Assembly (NCBI RefSeq): GCF_056712565.1
Contig: NZ_CM160072.1
Strand: one strand, 5' to 3'
DNA length: 64,000 nt
Part shown: positions 37,463 through 47,797 of the stretch, piece after piece
Layout of the letters: the number at the start of each line of letters is the position of its first letter
How positions within the stretch are numbered: the stretch's first letter is position 1
Program-made: the position numbers and the translations under genes
The notes under the pieces: model-generated
Database searches by the model: none
Told to the model about the DNA's origin: nothing
What the model saw: the letters and a program-made list of their open reading frames with translations, nothing else

Positions 37463-37669
37463 ATGGCTACCCCTGTTTCGCTGATGGATGACCAGATGGT
37501 CGACATGGCGTTTATCACTCAACTTACCGGCTTAACCGATAAGTGGTTTTACAAACTCATCAAAGATGGGGGCTTTCCTGCCCCCATCAAAATGGGGCGC
37601 AGCTCCCGCTGGCTGAAAAGTGAAGTGGAAGCCTGGCTGCAGGCGCGTATTGCACAGTCCCGTCCGTAA
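37463..37669 (+). CDS. alpA: AlpA-family phage-type transcriptional regulator
   Basis: 68 aa, MATPVSLMDDQMVDMAFITQLTGLTDKWFYKLIKDGGFPAPIKMGRSSRWLKSEVEAWLQARI; start by frame within ORF 36959..37669. Confidence 0.75.
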   Translation: MATPVSLMDDQMVDMAFITQLTGLTDKWFYKLIKDGGFPAPIKMGRSSRWLKSEVEAWLQARIAQSRP

Positions 37670-37748
37670 TTTCTGACCGTTATCCGTTCACCCGCAGCAG
37701 ACGTAATCTCCGGCCTGCCGGCGGCATTCTGCTGCCTGTTATATCCCC

Positions 37749-38366
37749 GTGAGGAATATGAAAATGAAACAACAGTATCAGACCCGCTACGAATGGCTCC
37801 ACGAAAGCTACCAGAAATGGCTGACCGGCTTCACCCGGCACGCCGTATTCTGGGGCGTGTGTCATCCGAATATCTACTACTTCCATAATCTGACGCCCGG
37901 TTGGGTGTCATTCAATGGTGAAAAACCGGAGATTGCCATCGTACCCCAGAGCCTGCACCGGCTGATTTATGGCCCTGACAAACGGGCCACACCGCCCCTG
38001 GATGATGATCTGATAGTGAATTTATGCACCAGTGAACATCTGCTGGTTCATCATCCGATGCTGGAAGGCATTCTCCTGTCTGAATGTGAACGTCTGAGGC
38101 AGCGTTCTCTGGCAAATAAACTGATCAGCCTCTTCCGTCAGTTTGGTGGCACGGAGTTGCGCCTCAAACTGGTCTGGCTTTGCTGGCTTGATTTAATGAC
38201 CGGAAACTGCCTTGACGACTGGACGGAGAATCTGAAACGGAAATCAGAAAAAGAGCTGGAGGAATGGATCATCAACCGTCAGAAGCAGAGCGCAGCACTG
38301 ACGGATCTGATGGATCAGTACGTGCTCCTGTCATACCGCACAACGGTTGACGATAAGCGCACCTGA
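37749..38366 (+). CDS. Hypothetical protein, 205 aa, no recognised domain
   Basis: ORF immediately downstream of alpA; Cys/His-containing, no TM segments. Confidence 0.5.
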   Translation: MRNMKMKQQYQTRYEWLHESYQKWLTGFTRHAVFWGVCHPNIYYFHNLTPGWVSFNGEKPEIAIVPQSLHRLIYGPDKRATPPLDDDLIVNLCTSEHLLVHHPMLEGILLSECERLRQRSLANKLISLFRQFGGTELRLKLVWLCWLDLMTGNCLDDWTENLKRKSEKELEEWIINRQKQSAALTDLMDQYVLLSYRTTVDDKRT

Positions 38367-38588
38367 TGCCAGTTGTTTCAGGGAAGCTGGTATCCGGGCA
38401 GGGTGCCAGGGCTGACTGAACGGCCTGTCTGCCTGCCGTTTCGCTCTCCGTGCGTTCTGTCACACGCTGCACCTGAACGCCGGACTGCGGGCACGCAGAC
38501 AGGAAAGTCGCAGGCTGGAACTTCTGACCGGCGGGTATCAGTTATATGCCTGTTGATTCATCACCACCACGCAGCTCCTGAGCTTTAG

Positions 38589-38628
38589 TTCATCACCGAT
38601 ATTCATACATCTGAATATCGGTGATGAA
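38589..38628. repeat. Perfect 17-bp inverted repeat (TTCATCACCGATATTCA-TACATC-TGAATATCGGTGATGAA) between two convergent genes
   Basis: 17/17 complementary arms with 6-nt loop; no flanking T tract on either strand. Confidence 0.6.
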
Positions 38629-38687
38629 ATCCCCATAATAATCAATCATCTAAGTCTGAAGCATAATGGAGAAAAACTGCTCACCGG

Positions 38688-40172
38688 TTACTTCGCTCTC
38701 AGCTTATTGTAGTGATAACCCGAGGTAAAAATACCAGAGACATCAGACAACTTTAAACTGGCTATCTGGGGAAGCAGAACATACATGGTTTTTCCTTCCG
38801 GCACGACAGAAAGCCTGAACTGAGATTCAAGAATGTTCAGCAATGCGTTCAGTTTTTTCCTGTTTCTGAACCGGCCCGGGCCACACTGGAGAATATAATT
38901 TTTCCTGACACGGGGCGGGCATTCTCCGCGGCACTCCTCAATGAGCCAGTCGAACAGCTCCTCGGCGTCCTTCTGCTGCAGTTCAGATTCATCAGGTAAC
39001 GCAAATAATTTTTTATATTCATCTGTGTACCACGAACTTATTACGACAGCAGACGTCATGATATCGGCAGAGATTTTCCCTTCACCATAGCTGAAATACT
39101 GAAATAACGCTGCAATTCTTGCAATGTTTTCTGTTTTTTTTGAAACATGTCCCCGAAACGGGCTTAAGGGTCCGGAAGGGGATAAATCCTGCTCCAGAAC
39201 ATTATAGTGCTCAATAAATATTTTTTGCGCTTCAGGCGAAAAATGCAGACAATACCGTTCATCCTCACTGGATTTTTCAATACTGCCTCTGGCCAGTTCC
39301 ATTAATCGTTCATGAAATGCCGTTAATGATCCTCCCGGAATCACAGCTCCGTTAATAAAGCGTTTCCCCTGCGTGGTTGCAGGTTTACTGATAAGACAAC
39401 GGGCAAGAAAACCACTGTCCCTGGCAACAGAACCTTTTCGCTCCATATATCGGTCAAAAAGACCGGGTTGCACCATGAGGGATAACGTCATTCTGGCATT
39501 TTCAATCATCTGTTCGGGTTCATTCTTTCTGTCCACAGACAATACAGAGCCATCCCACATTTTGTTAATAAAAGGCAACTCAGACAGGGTATATCCATCA
39601 AATATAATACCGGCTTCATCTGACATAATACCAACTGAACGCCATTTACCACAAAGCTGATTCTTAATTGCCGCAGTCGTGGCATCATTAAAAATGAATT
39701 TATACCTCACAGGTTCTTCCGCACTGTTTTTCTGAAGTACTTCCAGTTGTCTGAGGGTTTCTGACTCATCCGCGCCTTTGCGGAGTTCTTTATTCAGTTT
39801 TGACAACAATGCTTTTTTCTGAGCCTTTAAAAGCTCTTCCTTGTTTTTCCAGACAGCCAGTTCACTTTTGTATCTGGAATATAACTGCATCTCCTGCTGG
39901 TACAGGGGCTTCATTAATAATTTGTCCACTGCGGTTTTTCGTTCTCCGGACTCGGCAAGCGTCAGGAAAAAAAGAGAGACCGGCCCCCGCAGTGTATTCA
40001 GTCTGCAGACATCAATCAGATTCTGGCAGACAAGTGAAACAGCGCCCAGGGCAGACGCTGCCACAAGCCCAAGGGGAGCCTGCGTAATTTGCTGAGCTTC
40101 AATAACGGCATCACGAATGAGTGGAGGCAGCGAACTCAGGGGAAACTCATCACAAGGCTGACCGAATGACAT
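38688..40172 (-). CDS. DUF3987-like (YfjI-like) protein of phage-satellite/integrative-element type
   Basis: ORF 38688..40241; start probably MSFGQPCDEFPLSSLPPLIRDAV…; N-terminal pattern typical of DUF3987 (recollection). Confidence 0.5.
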   Translation of the reverse strand: MSFGQPCDEFPLSSLPPLIRDAVIEAQQITQAPLGLVAASALGAVSLVCQNLIDVCRLNTLRGPVSLFFLTLAESGERKTAVDKLLMKPLYQQEMQLYSRYKSELAVWKNKEELLKAQKKALLSKLNKELRKGADESETLRQLEVLQKNSAEEPVRYKFIFNDATTAAIKNQLCGKWRSVGIMSDEAGIIFDGYTLSELPFINKMWDGSVLSVDRKNEPEQMIENARMTLSLMVQPGLFDRYMERKGSVARDSGFLARCLISKPATTQGKRFINGAVIPGGSLTAFHERLMELARGSIEKSSEDERYCLHFSPEAQKIFIEHYNVLEQDLSPSGPLSPFRGHVSKKTENIARIAALFQYFSYGEGKISADIMTSAVVISSWYTDEYKKLFALPDESELQQKDAEELFDWLIEECRGECPPRVRKNYILQCGPGRFRNRKKLNALLNILESQFRLSVVPEGKTMYVLLPQIASLKLSDVSGIFTSGYHYNKLRAK

Positions 40173-41241
40173 AGTAACCTCACTATACACAGATATAAAA
40201 GCACTGCAATTCTGGCTATTAATAGCAAAAATAGCAGTCAAATCAATATGAGGTAAAATTTTTTGTTGATTTAATGGTTAAATAATAACCACAGTGTATT
40301 TTGCTGCTGAAGAAAGACAAAATGAATCTGTGTGTCCCCTCCTTCCCTTCGGAGCACATCCACTATTCAAATTTTACACAACCACGTACGAACAAAAAGC
40401 ATCATCCCGGGTATTGCAGATACCGGTTTCCTGCCGGGAAGAATCATAAACAGAACACCGGGAATAACGCCTTCAGGAATCACCCCCCCTCCTGAAGAAG
40501 AATAAAATAAAGAAGACTACAGTTCCTGCACTGAATGCTGAGTACAATATTTTATGGACAGGATGACATTTTTATAAATAACAAAAACCATTTAATACTG
40601 ATACATCAATAAAATACTTCTTCCCTGCTGACACAGATAAAATGCACCATTTTTTCTTCAAATACTTCTGTATAATCGCCAGCCAATGATGAGAATGGAT
40701 TAAAATAACACTTCTTCGACAAACACAAAAACAGCCTTCATTTTACATCATCATCCAGTTTCAGTTAACCCCGGACGAGCGACAGTGTTTCAGTACAGGA
40801 ATTAAAAGCCAGCTTTTGCTCAGTAAAACACACTCAACTAATAATATCTCAGCAGATATTATCCTGACCAGGACACCTCACATTACTGAATTCTCTTCCG
40901 ACAGTATCACTGCACAAATAAAAAGAACGGGATAAATATTCAGACCGGAAGAATGGTGTCACAAAAGCATTTAATCATTACGCATGACCAGGAAGGGAAA
41001 CACTTAACCACATGGTATCAACAGATATCATTACGTGTGCACTCTTATAAAAAACACACAGAAGAAGTAAGATAATTATAAACGTAAATTTAATATCTCC
41101 CACTGACATCTCCCCCACAATACACTAAAAAATACTCACAGCAGTAAACACAGATACACCTGATAATCATACAGCCGATAAATATTTTCCCCTTTACGGA
41201 GAAATCAGCCTGCTGTTTAACAATAACGGCGTATTTTCATG

Positions 41242-41282
41242 GAAGGAGATCACCCAGTAACGGATAAGTCCTGATCTCCTTC
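41242..41282. repeat. 11-bp perfect inverted repeat with GATC in each arm, about 120 bp upstream of the GTPase gene
   Basis: GAAGGAGATCA-(19 nt)-TGATCTCCTTC. Confidence 0.4.
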
Positions 41283-41401
41283 ATGTTAATACGCAACAAT
41301 CCCATCGATTCAAAACAATTTCAGACAGATATTATCTCCGTGAATCCCCCGCCACCTTTCCGGTGCGCGGGGTTTTGTCTTTTTTCACCGGGAATACATG
41401 T

Positions 41402-42274
41402 ATGAATCCGTCTGATGCCATTGAGGCAATTGAAAAACCGCTCTCCTCCCTGCCTTACTCACTTTCCCGTCACATCCTGGAACATCTGCGCAAACTCACC
41501 AGTCACGAACCCGTGATTGGCATTATGGGTAAAAGCGGGGCCGGTAAATCCTCACTCTGTAATGCACTGTTTCAGGGGGAGGTCACCCCGGTCAGTGATG
41601 TTCACGCCGGCACCCGGGAAGTACGGCGCTTCCGTCTGAGTGGCCACGGTCACAGCATGGTTATCACTGACCTGCCCGGGGTGGGCGAGAGCCGGGACAG
41701 GGATGCAGAGTATGAAGCCCTGTACCGTGACATTCTGCCCGAACTGGACCTGGTGCTGTGGCTGATTAAAGCCGATGACCGCGCCCTGTCTGTGGATGAG
41801 TATTTCTGGCGACACATCCTGCACCGGGGACATCAGCAGGTGCTGTTTGTGGTGACGCAGGCCGACAAAACGGAGCCCTGCCATGAATGGGATATGGCCG
41901 GCATTCAGCCTTCTCCCGCACAGGCACAGAACATTCGGGAGAAAACGGAGGCGGTATTCCGTCTGTTCCGGCCCGTACATCCGGTTGTTGCCGTATCGGC
42001 CCGCACCGGCTGGGAACTGGATACGCTGGTCAGTGCGCTAATGACAGCACTTCCCGACCATGCCGCCAGTCCCCTGATGACCCGCCTGCAGGACGAGCTG
42101 CGCACGGAATCTGTCCGCGCTCAGGCCCGTGAACAGTTTACCGGTGCGGTGGACCGGATATTTGACACGGCGGAGAGCGTCTGTGTTGCCTCTGTTGCCC
42201 GTACGGTTCTGCGTGCCGTCCGTGACACGGTGGTCTCTGTTGCCCGCGCTGTATGGAACTGGATTTTCTTCTGA
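41402..42274 (+). CDS. YeeP/YkfA/YfjP-type GTPase (CP4 prophage family)
   Basis: ORF 41363..42274, start MNPSDAIEAIE; G1 motif GKSGAGKSS, G3 DLPG; precedes the Ag43 gene as in CP4-44. Confidence 0.8.
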   Translation: MNPSDAIEAIEKPLSSLPYSLSRHILEHLRKLTSHEPVIGIMGKSGAGKSSLCNALFQGEVTPVSDVHAGTREVRRFRLSGHGHSMVITDLPGVGESRDRDAEYEALYRDILPELDLVLWLIKADDRALSVDEYFWRHILHRGHQQVLFVVTQADKTEPCHEWDMAGIQPSPAQAQNIREKTEAVFRLFRPVHPVVAVSARTGWELDTLVSALMTALPDHAASPLMTRLQDELRTESVRAQAREQFTGAVDRIFDTAESVCVASVARTVLRAVRDTVVSVARAVWNWIFF

Positions 42275-42392
42275 ACAGTCCGCCAGGGAAATGCCTGATA
42301 ACATTACGTTAACCAACTGAAAACATGACACAAACCCCTCATACTCCTCCTGTTTCTCTTGCGTGACCGCCTTGTCGTTAATAGAATAAAAC

Positions 42393-42428
42393 GATCGATA
42401 AAACAGGTATCGATCGTTACTATCGATC
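42393..42428 (+). promoter_or_regulatory. Antigen 43 phase-variation switch: three GATC (Dam) sites, expected to overlap the OxyR site
   Basis: GATC at 42393, 42412 and 42425 (spacing 19 and 13 bp) about 220 bp upstream of the flu start codon. Confidence 0.65.
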
Positions 42429-42645
42429 GTTTATAGTGGTTAATGGTCTGCGAAAAGGCAGCTGAATCTCTTCATCATGCAGAACGGAATTGCACACAAC
42501 GGACTGATACTTCTCTGGCGGATGAGAGAGGGGAAGCATTTATGTCCGGGAAAAACCACTTTATCTGAGCATGCTGTTTTGTACCTGCCGGTATCCACAT
42601 TTGTGGGTACCGGCTTTTTTATTCACCCTCTGTAAGGAAAAGCTG

Positions 42646-45600
42646 ATGAAACGACATCTGAACACCAGCTACAGGCTGGTATGGAATCACATTACGGGCA
42701 CCCTGGTGGTGGCCTCCGAACTGGCCCGCTCACGGGGAAAACGCGCTGGTGTGGCGGTTGCGCTGTCTCTTGCTGCTGTCACATCAGTCCCGGCACTGGC
42801 TGCTGACAAGGTTGTACAGGCGGGAGAAACCGTGAACGACGGAACACTGACAAATCATGACAACCAGATTGTCCTCGGTACGGCCAACGGAATGACCATC
42901 AGTACCGGTCTGGAGTATGGGCCGGATAACGAGGCCAATACCGGCGGACAATGGATACAAAATGGCGGTATCGCCAACAACACTACTGTCACCGGTGGTG
43001 GTCTTCAGAGAGTGAATGCCGGAGGAAGCGTTTCAGACACGGTTATCAGTGCCGGAGGCGGACAGAGCCTTCAGGGGCAGGCAGTGAACACCACTCTGAA
43101 CGGCGGTGAGCAGTGGGTACATGAAGGCGGGATTGCAACGGGTACCGTCATTAATGAGAAGGGCTGGCAGGCCATCAAATCCGGCGCAGTGGCAACCGAC
43201 ACGGTTGTGAATACCGGCGCGGAAGGGGGACCGGATGCGGAAAATGGTGATACCGGGCAGACCGTCTACGGAGATGCCGTACGCACCACCATCAATAAAA
43301 ATGGTCGTCAGATTGTGGCTGCTGAAGGAACGGCAAATACCACTGTGGTTTATGCCGGCGGCGACCAGACTGTACATGGTCACGCACTGGATACCACGCT
43401 GAATGGGGGGTACCAGTATGTGCACAACGGCGGTACGGCGTCTGGCACTGTTGTAAACAGTGACGGCTGGCAGATTGTCAAAAACGGGGGTGTGGCCGGG
43501 AATACCACCGTTAATCAGAAGGGCAGACTGCAGGTGGACGCCGGTGGTACAGCCACGAATGTCACCCTGAAGCAGGGCGGCGCACTGGTTACCAGTACGG
43601 CTGCAACCGTTACCGGCATAAACCGCCTGGGAGCATTCTCTGTTGTGGAGGGTAAAGCTGATAATGTCGTACTGGAAAATGGCGGACGCCTGGATGTGCT
43701 GACCGGACACACAGCCACTAATACCCGCGTGGATGATGGCGGAACGCTGGATGTCCGCAACGGTGGCACCGCCACCACCGTATCCATGGGAAATGGCGGT
43801 GTACTGCTGGCCGATTCCGGTGCCGCTGTCAGTGGTACCCGGAGCGACGGAAAGGCATTCAGTATCGGAGGCGGTCAGGCGGATGCCCTGATGCTGGAAA
43901 AAGGCAGTTCATTCACGCTGAACGCCGGTGATACGGCCACGGATACCACGGTAAATGGCGGACTGTTCACCGCCAGGGGCGGCACACTGGCGGGCACCAC
44001 CACGCTGAATAACGGCGCCATACTTACCCTTTCCGGGAAGACGGTGAACAACGATACCCTGACCATCCGTGAAGGCGATGCACTCCTGCAGGGAGGCTCT
44101 CTCACCGGTAACGGCAGCGTGGAAAAATCAGGAAGTGGCACACTCACTGTCAGCAACACCACACTCACCCAGAAAGCCGTCAACCTGAATGAAGGCACGC
44201 TGACGCTGAACGACAGTACCGTCACCACGGATGTCATTGCTCAGCGCGGTACAGCCCTGAAGCTGACCGGCAGCACTGTGCTGAACGGTGCCATTGACCC
44301 CACGAATGTCACTCTCGCCTCTGGTGCCACCTGGAATATTCCCGATAACGCCACGGTGCAGTCGGTGGTGGATGACCTCAGCCATGCTGGACAGATTCAT
44401 TTCACCTCCACCCGCACAGGGAAGTTCGTACCGGCAACCCTGAAAGTGAAAAACCTGAACGGACAGAATGGCACCATCAGCCTGCGTGTACGCCCGGATA
44501 TGGCACAGAACAATGCTGACAGACTGGTCATTGACGGTGGCAGGGCAACTGGAAAAACCATCCTGAACCTGGTGAACGCCGGCAACAGTGCGTCGGGGCT
44601 GGCGACCAGCGGTAAGGGTATTCAGGTGGTGGAAGCCATTAACGGTGCCACCACGGAGGAAGGGGCCTTTATCCAGGGGAATAAGCTGCAGGCCGGTGCC
44701 TTTAACTACTCCCTCAACCGGGACAGTGATGAGAGCTGGTATCTGCGCAGTGAAAATGCTTATCGTGCTGAAGTCCCCCTGTATACATCCATGCTGACAC
44801 AGGCAATGGACTATGACCGGATTCTGGCAGGCTCCCGCAGCCATCAGACCGGTGTAAACGGTGAAAATAACAGCGTCCGTCTCAGCATTCAGGGCGGTCA
44901 TCTCGGTCACGATAACAACGGCGGTATTGCCCGTGGAGCCACGCCGGAAAGCAGCGGCAGTTATGGCTTCGTCCGTCTGGAGGGTGACCTGCTGAGAACA
45001 GAGGTTGCCGGTATGTCTCTGACGACAGGGGTGTATGGTGCCGCAGGCCATTCTTCCGTTGATGTTAAGGATGATGACGGTTCCCGCGCCGGCACGGTCC
45101 GGGATGATGCCGGCAGTCTGGGCGGATACCTGAATCTGGTACACACGTCCTCCGGCCTGTGGGCTGACATTGTGGCACAGGGAACCCGCCACAGCATGAA
45201 AGCATCATCGGACAATAACGACTTCCGCGCCCGGGGCTGGGGCTGGCTGGGCTCACTGGAAACCGGTCTGCCCTTCAGTATCACTGACAATCTGATGCTG
45301 GAGCCACAACTGCAGTACACCTGGCAGGGACTCTCCCTGGATGACGGCCAGGATAACGCCGGTTATGTGAAGTTCGGGCATGGCAGTGCACAACATGTGC
45401 GTGCCGGCTTCCGTCTGGGCAGCCACAACGATATGAACTTTGGTAAAGGCACCTCATCCCGTGACACCCTGCGCGACAGTGCCAAACACAGTGTGCGTGA
45501 ATTGCCGGTGAACTGGTGGGTACAGCCTTCTGTTATCCGCACTTTCAGCTCCCGGGGTGACATGAGCATGGGTACAGCCGCCGCCGGCAGTAACATGACG

Positions 45601-45765
45601 TTCTCACCGTCCCGGAATGGCACGTCACTGGACCTGCAGGCCGGACTGGAAGCCCGTGTCCGGGAAAATATCACCCTGGGCGTTCAGGCCGGTTATGCCC
45701 ACAGCGTCAGCGGCAGCAGCGCTGAAGGTTATAACGGTCAGGCCACGCTGAATGTGACTTTTTGA
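42646..45765 (+). CDS. flu: Antigen 43 self-associating autotransporter adhesin
   Basis: ORF 42571..45765; start [52 protein letters not shown] (extended autotransporter signal peptide); repetitive Gly/Thr/Asn beta-helix passenger; C-terminal beta-barrel ending …GQATLNVTF. Confidence 0.9.
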   Translation: MKRHLNTSYRLVWNHITGTLVVASELARSRGKRAGVAVALSLAAVTSVPALAADKVVQAGETVNDGTLTNHDNQIVLGTANGMTISTGLEYGPDNEANTGGQWIQNGGIANNTTVTGGGLQRVNAGGSVSDTVISAGGGQSLQGQAVNTTLNGGEQWVHEGGIATGTVINEKGWQAIKSGAVATDTVVNTGAEGGPDAENGDTGQTVYGDAVRTTINKNGRQIVAAEGTANTTVVYAGGDQTVHGHALDTTLNGGYQYVHNGGTASGTVVNSDGWQIVKNGGVAGNTTVNQKGRLQVDAGGTATNVTLKQGGALVTSTAATVTGINRLGAFSVVEGKADNVVLENGGRLDVLTGHTATNTRVDDGGTLDVRNGGTATTVSMGNGGVLLADSGAAVSGTRSDGKAFSIGGGQADALMLEKGSSFTLNAGDTATDTTVNGGLFTARGGTLAGTTTLNNGAILTLSGKTVNNDTLTIREGDALLQGGSLTGNGSVEKSGSGTLTVSNTTLTQKAVNLNEGTLTLNDSTVTTDVIAQRGTALKLTGSTVLNGAIDPTNVTLASGATWNIPDNATVQSVVDDLSHAGQIHFTSTRTGKFVPATLKVKNLNGQNGTISLRVRPDMAQNNADRLVIDGGRATGKTILNLVNAGNSASGLATSGKGIQVVEAINGATTEEGAFIQGNKLQAGAFNYSLNRDSDESWYLRSENAYRAEVPLYTSMLTQAMDYDRILAGSRSHQTGVNGENNSVRLSIQGGHLGHDNNGGIARGATPESSGSYGFVRLEGDLLRTEVAGMSLTTGVYGAAGHSSVDVKDDDGSRAGTVRDDAGSLGGYLNLVHTSSGLWADIVAQGTRHSMKASSDNNDFRARGWGWLGSLETGLPFSITDNLMLEPQLQYTWQGLSLDDGQDNAGYVKFGHGSAQHVRAGFRLGSHNDMNFGKGTSSRDTLRDSAKHSVRELPVNWWVQPSVIRTFSSRGDMSMGTAAAGSNMTFSPSRNGTSLDLQAGLEARVRENITLGVQAGYAHSVSGSSAEGYNGQATLNVTF

Positions 45766-45788
45766 TAATCAGGTCACTCTCCTTCAGG

Positions 45789-45815
45789 CCCCGGTCATCA
45801 TGACCGGGGCTTTTT
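45789..45815 (+). terminator. Rho-independent terminator of flu
   Basis: Hairpin CCCCGGTCA-TCA-TGACCGGGG followed by CTTTTT. Confidence 0.7.
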
Positions 45816-45835
45816 ACTTTCAGGGAGCAACAGAT

Positions 45836-45994
45836 ATGCCGGGTTGTACATCTCGTTTATTGCCCGAAGGCCCTTTCTCACGCGAACAGGCTGTTGCCGT
45901 CAAAACAGCTTACCGCAATGTGTTTACTGAAGATGACCAGGGAACATATTCCCGGCTGGTTATCCGTAATGCTGAAGGTCAGTTGCGCTGGTGA
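45836..45994 (+). CDS. Small hypothetical protein (52 aa) of CP4-type modules
   Basis: In-frame ATG downstream of the flu terminator within ORF 45800..45994. Confidence 0.35.
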   Translation: MPGCTSRLLPEGPFSREQAVAVKTAYRNVFTEDDQGTYSRLVIRNAEGQLRW

Positions 45995-46148
45995 TGCCGG
46001 AACACAGCTTAATACTCAGCTCGCCAGTTAAGGGCTTCTCAGACAATAAACGTCATTCATTTCATCTGTCAGGCCGCGTCTTCTCCGGGAGACGTGGCTT
46101 TTTCATTTATTACACCAGTAAATCGTAACCACCGATAAGGAGCAAATT

Positions 46149-46967
46149 ATGCGACTAGCCAGTCGTTTTGGTTATGCGAACCAGATACGCCGTGACCGTC
46201 CGCTGACACACGAAGAACTGATGCACTATGTTCCCAGTATTTTCGGTGAAGACCGGCATACTTCCCGCAGTAAACGATATGCGTACATTCCCACCATCAC
46301 CGTACTGGAAAGCCTGCAGCGGGAAGGCTTTCAGCCATTCTTCGCCTGCCAGACCCGTGTGCGCGACCCGGGCCGCCGGGGATACACAAAACACATGCTG
46401 CGTCTGCGGCGGGCCGGAGAGATAAACGGAGAACATGTCCCTGAAATCATTCTGCTCAACTCCCATGACGGTACCTCCAGCTACCAGATGCTGCCGGGTT
46501 ACTTCAGGTTCGTCTGTCAGAACGGATGCGTCTGTGGTCAGTCTCTGGGGGAAGTGCGTGTTCCGCACCGGGGAAATGTGGTGGACAGATTCATTGAAGG
46601 GGCTTACGAGGTGGTGGGCGTGTTTGACCGGATAGAGGAGAAGCATGATGCCATGCAGTCGCTGGTCCTGTCGCCACCGGCACGCCAGGCGCTGGCACAG
46701 GCGGCACTGACTTACCGTTATGGTGACGAACATCAGCCAGTCACCACCGCTGACATTCTGACACCACGACGCAGGGAGGGTTACGGTCAGGACCTGTGGA
46801 GCGCATATCAGACCATCCAGGAGAATATGCTGAAAGGCGGAATTTCCGGCCGCAGTGCAAAAGGAAAACGTATCCACACCCGTGCCATTCACAACATCGA
46901 CACCGATATTAAGCTCAACCGCGCATTGTGGGTAATGGCAGAAACGCTGCTGGAGAGCCTGCGCTGA
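46149..46967 (+). CDS. DUF932-like protein (YfjQ/YafZ family)
   Basis: 272 aa; size and position after the GTPase/Ag43 genes match YfjQ/YafZ-type proteins (recollection). Confidence 0.6.
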   Translation: MRLASRFGYANQIRRDRPLTHEELMHYVPSIFGEDRHTSRSKRYAYIPTITVLESLQREGFQPFFACQTRVRDPGRRGYTKHMLRLRRAGEINGEHVPEIILLNSHDGTSSYQMLPGYFRFVCQNGCVCGQSLGEVRVPHRGNVVDRFIEGAYEVVGVFDRIEEKHDAMQSLVLSPPARQALAQAALTYRYGDEHQPVTTADILTPRRREGYGQDLWSAYQTIQENMLKGGISGRSAKGKRIHTRAIHNIDTDIKLNRALWVMAETLLESLR

Positions 46968-47308
46968 TGCAGCATGTCCCTGAAAGCGTGATTCAGGCAC
47001 CAGAATCACCCGACGCCCCGGAGGCGCTGCCGGGGTGTCGTTCCATTTCTGATGATGACCTGTGCGCCTGGTGTACCCGTCTGCTTTACCGTCCCGGAGA
47101 AATCAGTCTGTGCAGACTGAGTATACAGGCAATGGCATCTGGCCATCCGTCTGTGACCGGAACGGTTACGCGTACGGCTGTCCGGAATTTCAGCCGAATA
47201 TCATTCATCCCTGATATTACCGGGTCATCACGGTCAGTGATGAACGTGATGTTGCCAGCTCCCGACCTTTACTCCCTCTCATTTATTCACATTACAAGGA
47301 TTTCATAC

Positions 47309-47782
47309 ATGAAAACATTGTCTCAGAACACCACCTCTTCGGCCTGTGCACCGGAGACTGACCTGCAAAAACTGGTAGCCACTCCCGTCCCTGATGAACG
47401 GCGCATCAGCTTCTGGCCGCAGCACTTTGGCCTCATTCCACAGTGGGTGACCCTGGAGCCCCGTATCTTCGGCTGGATGGACCGTCTGTGTGAAGACTAC
47501 TGCGGTGGTATCTGGAATCTGTACACCCTGAACAACGGCGGGGCATTTATGGCACCCGAACCGGATGACGATGATGACGAAACATGGGTACTGTTCAATG
47601 CCATGAACGGTAACCGCGCTGAAATGAGCCCGGAAGCCGCCGGCATTGCTGCCTGTCTGATGACGTACAGTCATCATGCCTGTCGTACGGAGTGTTATGC
47701 CATGACGGTCCATTATTACCGGCTGCGGGATTACGCCCTGCAGCATCCGGAATGCAGCGCCATTATGCGCATCATCGACTGA
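47309..47782 (+). CDS. Antirestriction protein (KlcA/ArdB-like; YfjX/YafX family)
   Basis: 157 aa from MKTLSQNTTSS…; upstream part of the same ORF (46967..47308) may be a separate small gene or an N-terminal extension. Confidence 0.65.
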   Translation: MKTLSQNTTSSACAPETDLQKLVATPVPDERRISFWPQHFGLIPQWVTLEPRIFGWMDRLCEDYCGGIWNLYTLNNGGAFMAPEPDDDDDETWVLFNAMNGNRAEMSPEAAGIAACLMTYSHHACRTECYAMTVHYYRLRDYALQHPECSAIMRIID

Positions 47783-47797
47783 ATGGAGAGAAGTACA

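Noticed and set aside
40301-40495. 64-aa ORF in the long non-coding region
   Set aside because: Low-complexity, no ribosome-binding site, and lies in the strand-biased A/C-rich region
43033-45320. Minus-strand ORFs of up to 354 aa inside flu
   Set aside because: Antisense to the antigen 43 gene, whose repetitive Gly/Thr/Asn codons keep the opposite strand open
42646-45765. Periodic internal DNA repeats that could be mistaken for a tandem-repeat or CRISPR-like array
   Set aside because: The repeats are in-frame coding repeats of the Ag43 beta-helix passenger; no spacer-repeat architecture and no cas genes
46967-47308. Possible separate small gene in the N-terminal part of ORF 46928..47782
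   Set aside because: Same frame as the antirestriction gene, so it may be an N-terminal extension; could not decide from sequence alone
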